Shown here: piece by piece, positions 17,371 to 25,067 of the stretch
Layout of the letters: each line of letters begins with the position of its first letter
Numbering within the stretch: position 1 is the stretch's first letter
Assembly: GCA_963698075.1 (NCBI GenBank)
Contig: OY969116.1
Location: 465,830-529,829, forward strand
Reading direction: 5' to 3'
Origin: an uncultured Candidatus Berkelbacteria bacterium
Lineage (GTDB): Bacteria > Patescibacteriota > UBA1384 > UBA12157 > JAENIV01
DNA: 64,000 nucleotides
Program-made: the position numbers and the translations under genes
Notes under the pieces: model-generated
Seen by the model: the letters and a program-made list of their open reading frames with translations, nothing else
What the model was told of the DNA's origin: nothing
Databases searched by the model: none

Positions 17371-18021
17371 TCAATATTTTTTTCTAGCCTTAAGTTTTAA
17401 TATAAAAATATTTATTCCCGCCACTAAAAATAAGCCAATCAAAACGGTTATTACCGAGAGTACTGCATTATATCCAGTCTCCGGAAGACTTATAACACCC
17501 TCCGGGCCCACGGATTCTCCAAGGATACCCTTAGTTCCCCCACCCGACACTGCCTGCTCAAGCCAGCCGAAGATTAAATCAAATTTGACCTCTTGAGCTT
17601 GATATTCATTTCCGACATCATCCATTGCCACCTTGATATCGTAAACATAAGTGGTGCTGGCAGGAATATTTTCTAAAAAAGTTTCCGTGTCTTTGAGCGT
17701 TGATAATTTACTATTATATAAAGAGTTGCCGCCGCGCGAGATATCTACTGTTAAAACCGCAGCCAATTTTTCATCAGGCGTGCCTAAAAGATTTTGTAAA
17801 TTTAGCGCAAATTTTTGAGAACTATCGGTCAGATTTTTAACCGTGATTTGCTTGGTCACCGAGGAAAGCGGGGCTAAATTGGTTTCATTAAATAATGGCC
17901 CGGGTTGGCCGGCATAAGTCAGCTCAAACGAACCATTGGCTTGGGCTTTAGAGGCAAAACTAAAAATTCCTATGAGGGCTAAAATGAGCCAGAAAATTAA
18001 AAGGAGGGTGCGAAATTTCAT
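17371..18021 (-). CDS. LPXTG-anchored surface protein (sortase substrate)
   Basis: Signal peptide and a C-terminal LPETG followed by a TM segment and KLKARKKY. Confidence 0.7.
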   Translation of the reverse strand: MKFRTLLLIFWLILALIGIFSFASKAQANGSFELTYAGQPGPLFNETNLAPLSSVTKQITVKNLTDSSQKFALNLQNLLGTPDEKLAAVLTVDISRGGNSLYNSKLSTLKDTETFLENIPASTTYVYDIKVAMDDVGNEYQAQEVKFDLIFGWLEQAVSGGGTKGILGESVGPEGVISLPETGYNAVLSVITVLIGLFLVAGINIFILKLKARKKY

Positions 18022-18069
18022 AAATATTCCTTTCCCCTCCTAAGTTAAATCCTAAATTCTAATATCTAA

Positions 18070-18546
18070 TTATTCGGGAATTGATGAAGATTCGGATGGT
18101 GTAGGTGATGGTGATTCAGATGGTGAGACTGAAGGAGATGGAGACGGTGAGAGAGTAGCACCTAATGGCCCAGCCGGAATTTCACAATTATTATTCCAAA
18201 TTGCCTGTCCAGCTGTATCCCAGTTTTGTCCAGGAAAATACTGAATTGGATCGCCATAATAAAACGGTGGAATAATATCTCTTCCACCCTGATGGCTAGG
18301 TCCCACATGGCCGTTAATAACCCCTTCTGGATCTGGCGAAATGTTTTGATAATGGCCCTCTTGTCCAGTGGCATGACAAATTCTAACATTAGCACTCACG
18401 CTCGGCGAAGGCGTGGGTGTTTGCCACGTGCCGGCCACAATCTCGTTATTATCTATGCTACCTCTGGCAGTAAAATAAGCTGAGCTAGTAATTGCTAAAA
18501 CAGATACGGCAGCGAAAATGAAAAAGATTGATTTGAACGTTCTCAT
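18070..18546 (-). CDS. Secreted protein with a Ser/Pro-rich C-terminal tail
   Basis: Signal peptide and SPSPSPSVSPSESPSPTPSESS low-complexity tail. No sorting motif. Confidence 0.45.
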   Translation of the reverse strand: MRTFKSIFFIFAAVSVLAITSSAYFTARGSIDNNEIVAGTWQTPTPSPSVSANVRICHATGQEGHYQNISPDPEGVINGHVGPSHQGGRDIIPPFYYGDPIQYFPGQNWDTAGQAIWNNNCEIPAGPLGATLSPSPSPSVSPSESPSPTPSESSSIPE

Positions 18547-19130
18547 GTTACCTTCTTTCCCTCTTTCCTTAATCTTAATTCTTTTTTAATATTATTGATT
18601 TCGTCATAAATAATTAAAAGTGCGGGTATAATAATTAAAATAATAAAACCAGGTGTTGTCCTAGTGAAAGCGATAACATAACCAAGGTATGATATATGGG
18701 AGAATACTTTACCAATTATTTGTCCGCCCAAGATTTTGTCCAAATCTAAAGTGTTATTAGCATCACCTTTGGTCGTGTAAATTTTCGTACTATCAACTTC
18801 CTCGATCTGTTTTATTCTATGAGTAACAGGTTCTTTTGTATTAATTTTATTAAAAGTTATAATATCACCGACATTGTATTCTTCGGAAGGTCTTACAAAT
18901 ACCAAGCTCCCAGTTTTAATGGCTGGCTCCATTGAGCCTGATCTAACAACTAAAATTCTGAAATTTTTTGGAATTCCTCTTGAAGACATTAAAGATAATG
19001 CACCAACAATTACAAGAATTGCTAAAACAATCCAATAAATTATATTGGTTATTTTTTTGTACAATGGGTTTTTAAAATATTTGTTCATACTAATAAACCC
19101 GGTAGGTTGCGCAAATGGTTGCGCAACCAT
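18543..19130 (-). CDS. Signal peptidase I, SipW-type (S26B / archaeal-eukaryal type)
   Basis: N-terminal TM segment, then a catalytic-Ser box VVRSGSMEPAIKTGSLVFV and a second C-terminal TM segment. It sits directly next to a TasA-like gene. Confidence 0.7.
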   Translation of the reverse strand: MVAQPFAQPTGFISMNKYFKNPLYKKITNIIYWIVLAILVIVGALSLMSSRGIPKNFRILVVRSGSMEPAIKTGSLVFVRPSEEYNVGDIITFNKINTKEPVTHRIKQIEEVDSTKIYTTKGDANNTLDLDKILGGQIIGKVFSHISYLGYVIAFTRTTPGFIILIIIPALLIIYDEINNIKKELRLRKEGKKVT

Positions 19131-19137
19131 TCTGGAT

Positions 19138-19677
19138 TTACAAGTTTTCCGCTACAAAGATTTCATCCCAAGTACATGTAGTATTCTGATAAGGATCGTC
19201 GGCTGAAGGATCTAACTGGGCACGTTGCTTAATAACTTGGCTGATGTTGGGATTCAATTGATCAAATGGCGGATTAACTGTGGTTTCGACACGGTTGCCT
19301 GCACCAGTGATACCTGCTAACGAACCATTGTAAAGCAGATGGACTGTTTCATCACCACCCGCCCAACCAGTTCTAACCTCTAGATTGGTTTTGGGACAAG
19401 CGGCACCGGAAACATTATCAACATACATATAAACATTGGTTGGCAATGAACCGGTATTATAAAGTTCTGCTCTTCCCCAAGGTGTCCATTGTCCAGGAGC
19501 CATATTAGAAGTATTAATCGGTTTATTACCGCTGAAGTTATGGACTACGAGATCAACGCTACCACTAGAGATGGTGTTACCTGTAATCTGGTCTTGAGCA
19601 GTAAAAAGAGCGGAAGTCGTACCACCAACTAAAGCCGCCATGGCCATAATAACGACTAAACTTTTTAAAATTTTCAC
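19138..19677 (-). CDS. TasA/camelysin-like secreted protein with a SipW-cognate-type signal peptide
   Basis: MKILKSLVVIMAMAALVGGTTSALFTAQDQITGNTISSGSVDL matches the hallmark GGT..A.F....(T/N)....N.....G.(L/V)DL of SipW-dependent signal peptides. Confidence 0.55.
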   Translation of the reverse strand: MKILKSLVVIMAMAALVGGTTSALFTAQDQITGNTISSGSVDLVVHNFSGNKPINTSNMAPGQWTPWGRAELYNTGSLPTNVYMYVDNVSGAACPKTNLEVRTGWAGGDETVHLLYNGSLAGITGAGNRVETTVNPPFDQLNPNISQVIKQRAQLDPSADDPYQNTTCTWDEIFVAENL

Positions 19678-19913
19678 TTTTTCTCACCTCCCTTCTTTAG
19701 ATTTTCTATCTAAAACCCTTCGACTCGCTTTGCTCGCTCAGGGTATCGACCATCAAGTTTAAAAAGCACCATCCTCTTTTCCCTACCTTATTGACGGTGC
19801 TTATCCACAAATTAAAAATATCACATCTAGCAACAAAGGCAATATTCCTGTCAAGTCCCCATGCCTTTTTAGTAAAAAATTACCAGCTGGTTATCTTTGC
19901 AAGAAAGCCCCGC

Positions 19914-20411
19914 CTATTGCGGGGCCTGAAAAGGACGGATCTTCTCTCCCAATTTCATCTTATTTTTCCGAGTACCTTTACCTCTTAGTTGTTTTCCATG
20001 AGGTAGCCAGAGTCCACTCTTATTTAGGAGCCTTTTGGTGGACTGGATGAGATTACAGTCATAGCCTAACCCCAGGGTTTTACAAGCTTCTTTCAGCAGA
20101 CCAGCCGGGTCGGAAAAAATTCCTTCAGCGTCGGCCTTGGGAATCGAGAATTGAATCGCCAAACAAGCAATTGATTTAAGCCGATCAGCTTTGGTGTCTA
20201 TTAGTTCCAATAGCTGTTGATTAAGCTGGACCGACACTTGGGGTTGGGGTCGAGCAGGTTCATCTGCCTTGAAACATTTTCGACAGAGGAGAGGACATTG
20301 AAGATTAATCACCCCCCAGTTTGGCATTGGCCGTTGGCATTTAGGGTTAGCACACAAGGGAATAGCCGTCATCCGAGTCCACCTCCTGGATGATGTTACT
20401 GGTAAGGTCAT
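19914..20411 (-). CDS. Hypothetical zinc-finger protein in a GC-rich patch (start uncertain)
   Basis: Cys cluster CANPKCQRP...CPLLCRKC. About 52% GC. A hairpin terminator GCCCCGC-AATAG-GCGGGGC lies at the stop codon. The longer predicted ORF would overlap the ftsB-like gene, so the start is trimmed. Confidence 0.25.
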   Translation of the reverse strand: MTLPVTSSRRWTRMTAIPLCANPKCQRPMPNWGVINLQCPLLCRKCFKADEPARPQPQVSVQLNQQLLELIDTKADRLKSIACLAIQFSIPKADAEGIFSDPAGLLKEACKTLGLGYDCNLIQSTKRLLNKSGLWLPHGKQLRGKGTRKNKMKLGEKIRPFQAPQ

Positions 20412-20439
20412 TAAATACCCTAATCCAACCACTGTCAAC

Positions 20440-20853
20440 TTATTTAATAAAAAAATCCCACCAAAGCTGCCAATTAGGGGCAACTTTTGCTTGATTTTGG
20501 CCCGCAATCGCTTTTTGTTCTTGACTTACTTCTTCGGGGAAATTGGTGGCTGAGCCGCTAGGCGTAGGGGTTGGAAGAATCATCACTTGCTCGCCCGATG
20601 CTTTATAACCTAATTTTTTTCTCGCTTCAAGTTCTTTGAAAGCGGTTGATTGATAGTACAAGATTAAATTATTCAAATCTTTCTTTTCTTGCTCCAAGGT
20701 AGCAATCTGGCCCTGAAGCTTCCCAATCGAATTTTTCAAATTATAATTAGTTAAAATGGCTCGTCCCAAAAGAAACAAAATATACACAATAAAAACATAG
20801 GTCCCAATTTTAATTGCTAGATCAATTAGTTTTTTGCGCCGCCCGTTTTCCAT
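20440..20853 (-). CDS. Septum-formation initiator FtsB/DivIC-like protein
   Basis: Single N-terminal TM segment, a coiled coil (LQGQIATLEQEKKDL) and an ELEARKKLGY motif. Confidence 0.55.
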   Translation of the reverse strand: MENGRRKKLIDLAIKIGTYVFIVYILFLLGRAILTNYNLKNSIGKLQGQIATLEQEKKDLNNLILYYQSTAFKELEARKKLGYKASGEQVMILPTPTPSGSATNFPEEVSQEQKAIAGQNQAKVAPNWQLWWDFFIK

Positions 20854-20919
20854 CTCTACTATAGTATAGAATATTATCTGGATTAAACAAAAGACCCTGC
20901 CTAAAGGGTCTCTTGTCTT

Positions 20920-21972
20920 TTACCAACGACTACTTGATTTGGATGCGGGGGGCTCGTTATCTCGAGATTTGCCGGCATACCATTCATAACCATAATAACC
21001 ACCGATGGCGGCCCCGGCGGCAATAATGAGAATTGCCAAGGCCACCAATATTCGACTCCAGCCAGTTTTGGCTTCATTCTGGGGTGATGTTTGCGGTGTT
21101 GGCGTGGGTTGTTCTTGAGGTGTCGCTTTTTGAGCCACTTTTGGGGCGGCAGTGGAAACTCCAGTACCAATTGCCGGCGTAACCGTCTTGGGAACTTGGG
21201 TCTCTTCGCCAGCAACTTCTTTTTTCGGAGCAATCCCCAAAGTTTTAAGATTTATTGGCTTAGGTTCTCCTAAGGCACCTTTGGCCCCGATTGGCGTAAT
21301 CCTAATCTCATATACAGTCCCTGCCGTGAGGTTGCTAAGAGTGATTCTGGTTTTGCCTTCGATTTTTTTGAGTAGGAAATTTTTTTCGCCTTGGATACTC
21401 CATTCAACAAGGTAACTTTGAGCTCCTTGAATCGGATTCCAGGCCAAAAGAATTTCATCCTCGGCTATAGCATAAGTGTGAGCGATGGTAATTATCTTTT
21501 GCTCTAAAGTCAGCGGGAAAACAAAAGTACTAGTGCCGGCTGGATTTTGGGCATATATTTCGATTTTCTGACTGCCAAGGTTTAATTGACTGGTAAGATA
21601 TGGCGTGGTCAAATGCCAACCATTGCCTTCGGCTCTGACTTTAATCGTTGCGGGAAAATTTGGATCCAGTGAACCAATTTTCGCCCAAGAGTTGAGGATA
21701 ACGTTATCAAACATAAAGGCAACATTGATTCTTTCACCTTGCCGGTAAGTCATATTTTTGGAAAAACCTTTGGCCAGTCTCAAAGAGGGTAAACTAATTT
21801 TGCTTACCACCGCTGGAGATTCTTTAGCCGGTGTCGGTGTCGCCGTCTTTTCGGCCGCTTGCGCTTTAGGCGCCGAAGCCAGTACTAAGAAAAAACTGAC
21901 AGGCAAAACAACCATTACTGTCGCACCATAAATCAAGAGTTTTTTGACTATCTTGAAAAATCTTTCTAACAT
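20920..21972 (-). CDS. Membrane-anchored protein with a fibronectin type III domain and C-terminal TM
   Basis: Signal peptide. An FN3-like block LAWNPIQGAQSYLVEW...TAGTVYEIRITPI. A PT-rich linker. C-terminal TM segment. Confidence 0.45.
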   Translation of the reverse strand: MLERFFKIVKKLLIYGATVMVVLPVSFFLVLASAPKAQAAEKTATPTPAKESPAVVSKISLPSLRLAKGFSKNMTYRQGERINVAFMFDNVILNSWAKIGSLDPNFPATIKVRAEGNGWHLTTPYLTSQLNLGSQKIEIYAQNPAGTSTFVFPLTLEQKIITIAHTYAIAEDEILLAWNPIQGAQSYLVEWSIQGEKNFLLKKIEGKTRITLSNLTAGTVYEIRITPIGAKGALGEPKPINLKTLGIAPKKEVAGEETQVPKTVTPAIGTGVSTAAPKVAQKATPQEQPTPTPQTSPQNEAKTGWSRILVALAILIIAAGAAIGGYYGYEWYAGKSRDNEPPASKSSSRW

Positions 21973-22244
21973 GCATCTCCTTAATTTTTTAAGCTACCAT
22001 TAAATGTGCCATAGTCCGGATTTTGTGGCCCTACCCGCCGGGCAGAGCCCCTCTGGGCGGCGCCCCTTGCGCGTAAGACCATCCTCGAGCTTGTCAGTCA
22101 AATTAGAATGTCTGCGGAAACCATAGCAGGATTCAAAAATATCAGATAATAGTGAAGGGGGCAAATGTTGTCAAGCCCACAACCCTTATGAAATTTTTAC
22201 CGCTGAAAAATTACGTTAGCTTCCCGAGAAATACTTTTTTAACC

Positions 22245-23003
22245 AGATTTATCCCACCCCTGGGGTGGGATTTCAATGGTTCAATCAATCAATAAAGCTT
22301 TGATTTTAGAAAGTTGACGCTGATAAGCGGCTCTATCAAGGACAAATTTGCGATAAGAGGATGGTTTTATCTCAAAAAGATCCGCGTATTCACAAAGCGC
22401 TTTTTCCTCTTGCCCCAAATATTCTTTATAGGATGAATAAGTCCATTCCTCGGGTTTTTTAACCAACGATGCCGAGACGGGATTGAGGTGGATGTAGCGC
22501 GTTAAATGCAGTAATTGTTCGTCGTTCTTGACTAAAATATTTTTAAACTTGGCTTCCCACAAAGGCCCTTTTCTTTTGTGTTTGGAATTAAAATATCGGG
22601 TATAACTATTTAAAATATTGCCAAAATATTTGGAGATCCCGTCGTCCTGTAATTGTTTTAAAATAAGATGAATATGGGTTGGCATAATGCAAAAAGCAAT
22701 TATCTCTACGAGGTCATCCCCATCTTTTGTAAGCGCTTCAAAATAATTATCAAAGCCCTGTTTGGCCACACCTTCAAGAATAATAAAATCGGAAAATTTT
22801 ATGTCCGTTTCCCTCTGATAAAATCTTAATAATTGACGCATCCTTTGATAATCTTGTTTATCATTAAAAATTTTGTATTCAGCGATACTTCTACTTAAAA
22901 CATGGTAAATTTCGTCATTAACTAAGGGTACTTTCCGCTTCATAATTTTATAATACATAAATCTTTAACCTTCTACAACCCACCCCAGGGGTGAGTTATG
23001 GAT
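22245..23003 (-). mobile_element. IS200/IS605-like minimal insertion sequence (Y1 HUH transposase flanked by subterminal hairpins)
   Basis: Hairpins ATCCCACC-CCTGG-GGTGGGAT (22252-22272) and CACCC-CAG-GGGTG (about 22977-22997) bracket a RAYT/TnpA-like gene. Confidence 0.55.
22281..22958 (-). CDS. Y1 HUH tyrosine transposase, IS200/RAYT-like (225 aa)
   Basis: HUH motif AFCIMPTHIHLIL and catalytic-Tyr motif TRYIHLNPV, as in IS200 TnpA and REP-associated tyrosine transposases. Confidence 0.7.
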   Translation of the reverse strand: MYYKIMKRKVPLVNDEIYHVLSRSIAEYKIFNDKQDYQRMRQLLRFYQRETDIKFSDFIILEGVAKQGFDNYFEALTKDGDDLVEIIAFCIMPTHIHLILKQLQDDGISKYFGNILNSYTRYFNSKHKRKGPLWEAKFKNILVKNDEQLLHLTRYIHLNPVSASLVKKPEEWTYSSYKEYLGQEEKALCEYADLFEIKPSSYRKFVLDRAAYQRQLSKIKALLID

Positions 23004-23081
23004 GGTTAGATTCACATTCAGTCGCGCTCGCTCGAACCTTGGAAGAAGACACTGCAGGCGTTGTAAAATGCCTTTACAAAA

Positions 23082-23197
23082 TGGGCACACCAGGACTCGA
23101 ACCTGGAACCAGTTGTGTCTAAAACCTTCACAAAAATGGGATCGGATGGATTCGAACTATCGGCAACCTCCTTATTTCAAAATGTGCAACTTAAAAA
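23082..23197 (-). pseudogene. tRNA 3'-half fragments (two T-arm/acceptor remnants)
   Basis: 23082-23136 reverse complement: TGGTT-CCAGG-TTCGAGT-CCTGG-TGTGCCC-A. 23137-23175 reverse complement: ATAA-GGAGG-TTGCC-GATAG-TTCGAAT-CCATC-CGATCCC-A. Neither fragment has a contiguous 5' half. Confidence 0.4.
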
Positions 23198-23269
23198 TGC
23201 GCACGCCTGGATTCGGACCAGGAACCGTCGCCTTATAAGAGCGATGCTCTGCCATTGAGCTACGTGCGC
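23198..23269 (-). tRNA. tRNA-Ile (anticodon TAT)
   Basis: Reverse complement: GCGCACG-TA-GCTC-AATGGCA-GAGC-A-TCGCT-CTTATAA-GGCGA-CGGTT-CCTGG-TCCGAAT-CCAGG-CGTGCGC-A. No encoded CCA. Flanked by the 12-bp inverted repeat TTTCAAAATGTG (23175-23186) / CACATTTTGAAA (23269-23280). Confidence 0.75.
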
Positions 23270-23294
23270 ACATTTTGAAAAATGTCTAACATTT

Positions 23295-23329
23295 TAAGAG
23301 AGGTGCTCTAACCACTGAGCTACATGCCC
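23295..23329 (-). pseudogene. tRNA 5'-half fragment (acceptor, D arm and anticodon stem up to the loop)
   Basis: Reverse complement: GGGCATG-TA-GCTC-AGTGGTTA-GAGC-A-CCTCT-CTTA, then the repeat-flanked tRNA-Ile follows. It pairs imperfectly with the fragment at 23137-23175 through GGAGG, giving a UAU anticodon loop. Confidence 0.4.
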
Positions 23330-23455
23330 ATCCAATATAATTCTATCTTATTCTCCCCTTGACATCAAGCTTAAAATATGATACAATATCATAATTGATC
23401 AAAATCTGAAAATAAAAATCTACCTGTTGGTAGAAAAAACAAAAGTGAGGGGCAA

Positions 23456-24934
23456 ATGAACGGTCACGCCGCCGTCTTACCGCTTCCCAAATCAGCATCG
23501 TCAGCATCCAAAACCAAAAAATTAAAAAAAACTAAAAAGAGCGCTCTTTTTATTCCCCGGAAAACCTTAATTAAACTCGGAGTTGGGTTTTTAGTTCTAG
23601 CCATGTTCTTAGGTTCCGGCCTTGGGTATGTTAAAGCCTACGATGGTAAGATTTATCCTAAAATTGTGGTTGCTGGGGTCAAAATCGGCGGCATGACCCT
23701 TGACGAGGCCAAAAATGCGGTCGAAAAAAAGGCCCAAGAGCTAAACGAAAAGGGTCCGGAAATTACCTACAATGGTCAAACCCTCACACCCAAACTAGAC
23801 GAAATGGGCGTCACTTTTAATGTCGAAGAAGCAATCCAGGCCGCCTACCAATTCGGTCGCGCCGGTAATATTTTCCAAAAAATTAAAGAAAATATAATCT
23901 TATTGGGACGTCAAAACAAGATCGAAATTACGCCCCAAATTGATGAAGAAAAATTCAACGCCTACCTTGGTCATTTGGCAAGGGTCGCCGAAAAAGAATC
24001 GGTTAATGCCGGACTTTCGATTCGTCAGGGTTTAATTTCCCTTACTTCTCCGGAGGGCGGTCGCGGTTTAGACAAAGTCAAACTTAAAGATGATTTAAAA
24101 AACTTTATTAATTCCGGTCAAAACGGCCAAATTTCCATGGTCACCTCCGACCTGGAACCAGCAGTCAAAGAAGATGGCACCACTGAAGCCCGCGCTCAAG
24201 CGGAAAAATATCTTTCAGCCGCGCCGATTAGCGTTACCTTTGAAACTAACACTTGGCAAGCAGACCGGCCGGAAATCGGCTCTTGGATTAAATTTAATGT
24301 TTCAGGCCACAAATTGGTTGCCAGTGCTGATTCTTCGGGATTCGTCAATTGGGTGGCAAAACAAGTCGAAATTCCCGCCAAAGACAAAGAAATTGAAGAT
24401 GGCACAGGCACGGTTTTAAATGAAGGCCAAGACGGCCGCGGCGCGGATACCAATACTTTAAAAAACCAAATTAAAGATGTTTTATTTTCGGGTGCAGCCA
24501 ATGCCAGTTTTGCCCTAGTAACCTTTGCCATTCCTCGCGGCCAAACGACCATTTATCCTCACGCCGAGCCTGGCCGTTATTCCGGTCGCTACATTGATAT
24601 TAATTTATCAGAACAAACTTTATATGCCTTTGAAGGCGCCAATCAGGTAAATTCCTTCTTGGTTTCCACGGGTCGAAGGGGTTATTCGACCCCAACCGGT
24701 GAATTCCACATTTATGGCAAAGATCGCTACGCCTTGATGGATGGCCCAGATTATTACCTGCCTAATGTTCCCTTTGTTAGCTGGTTTCTTGGTGACTATT
24801 CCATTCACGGCACCTATTGGCACAGCAATTTCGGCCATGTAATGTCTCACGGCTGTGTCAATGCCTCCATTGGCGATGCGGAATGGATTTTTGGCTGGGC
24901 CGACATCGGCACCCCGGTGTATATTCATTACTGA
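23456..24934 (+). CDS. L,D-transpeptidase-family protein (YkuD catalytic domain) with N-terminal membrane anchor
   Basis: C-terminal catalytic motif YWHSNFGHVMSHGCVNASIGDAEWIF. Upstream peptidoglycan-binding/VanW-like region. N-terminal TM segment. Confidence 0.7.
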   Translation: MNGHAAVLPLPKSASSASKTKKLKKTKKSALFIPRKTLIKLGVGFLVLAMFLGSGLGYVKAYDGKIYPKIVVAGVKIGGMTLDEAKNAVEKKAQELNEKGPEITYNGQTLTPKLDEMGVTFNVEEAIQAAYQFGRAGNIFQKIKENIILLGRQNKIEITPQIDEEKFNAYLGHLARVAEKESVNAGLSIRQGLISLTSPEGGRGLDKVKLKDDLKNFINSGQNGQISMVTSDLEPAVKEDGTTEARAQAEKYLSAAPISVTFETNTWQADRPEIGSWIKFNVSGHKLVASADSSGFVNWVAKQVEIPAKDKEIEDGTGTVLNEGQDGRGADTNTLKNQIKDVLFSGAANASFALVTFAIPRGQTTIYPHAEPGRYSGRYIDINLSEQTLYAFEGANQVNSFLVSTGRRGYSTPTGEFHIYGKDRYALMDGPDYYLPNVPFVSWFLGDYSIHGTYWHSNFGHVMSHGCVNASIGDAEWIFGWADIGTPVYIHY

Positions 24935-25067
24935 AATTAACAATTTACAATGACCAATTTTCAATCAATTTCCAATGATACAATTCTCAAACTTGAAAAC
25001 TGAAAATTAGAAATTGAAAATTTAAAAAAGACCTTCAGCTTGCCCCTCCTGAAGGTCTTTTTTAGGA

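Noticed and set aside
19914-20507. The full 197-aa ORF for the GC-rich zinc-finger protein
   Set aside because: Its N-terminal 32 codons overlap the FtsB/DivIC-like gene by 68 nt. The start was moved to an internal Met at 20411. Even so the gene call remains low-confidence.
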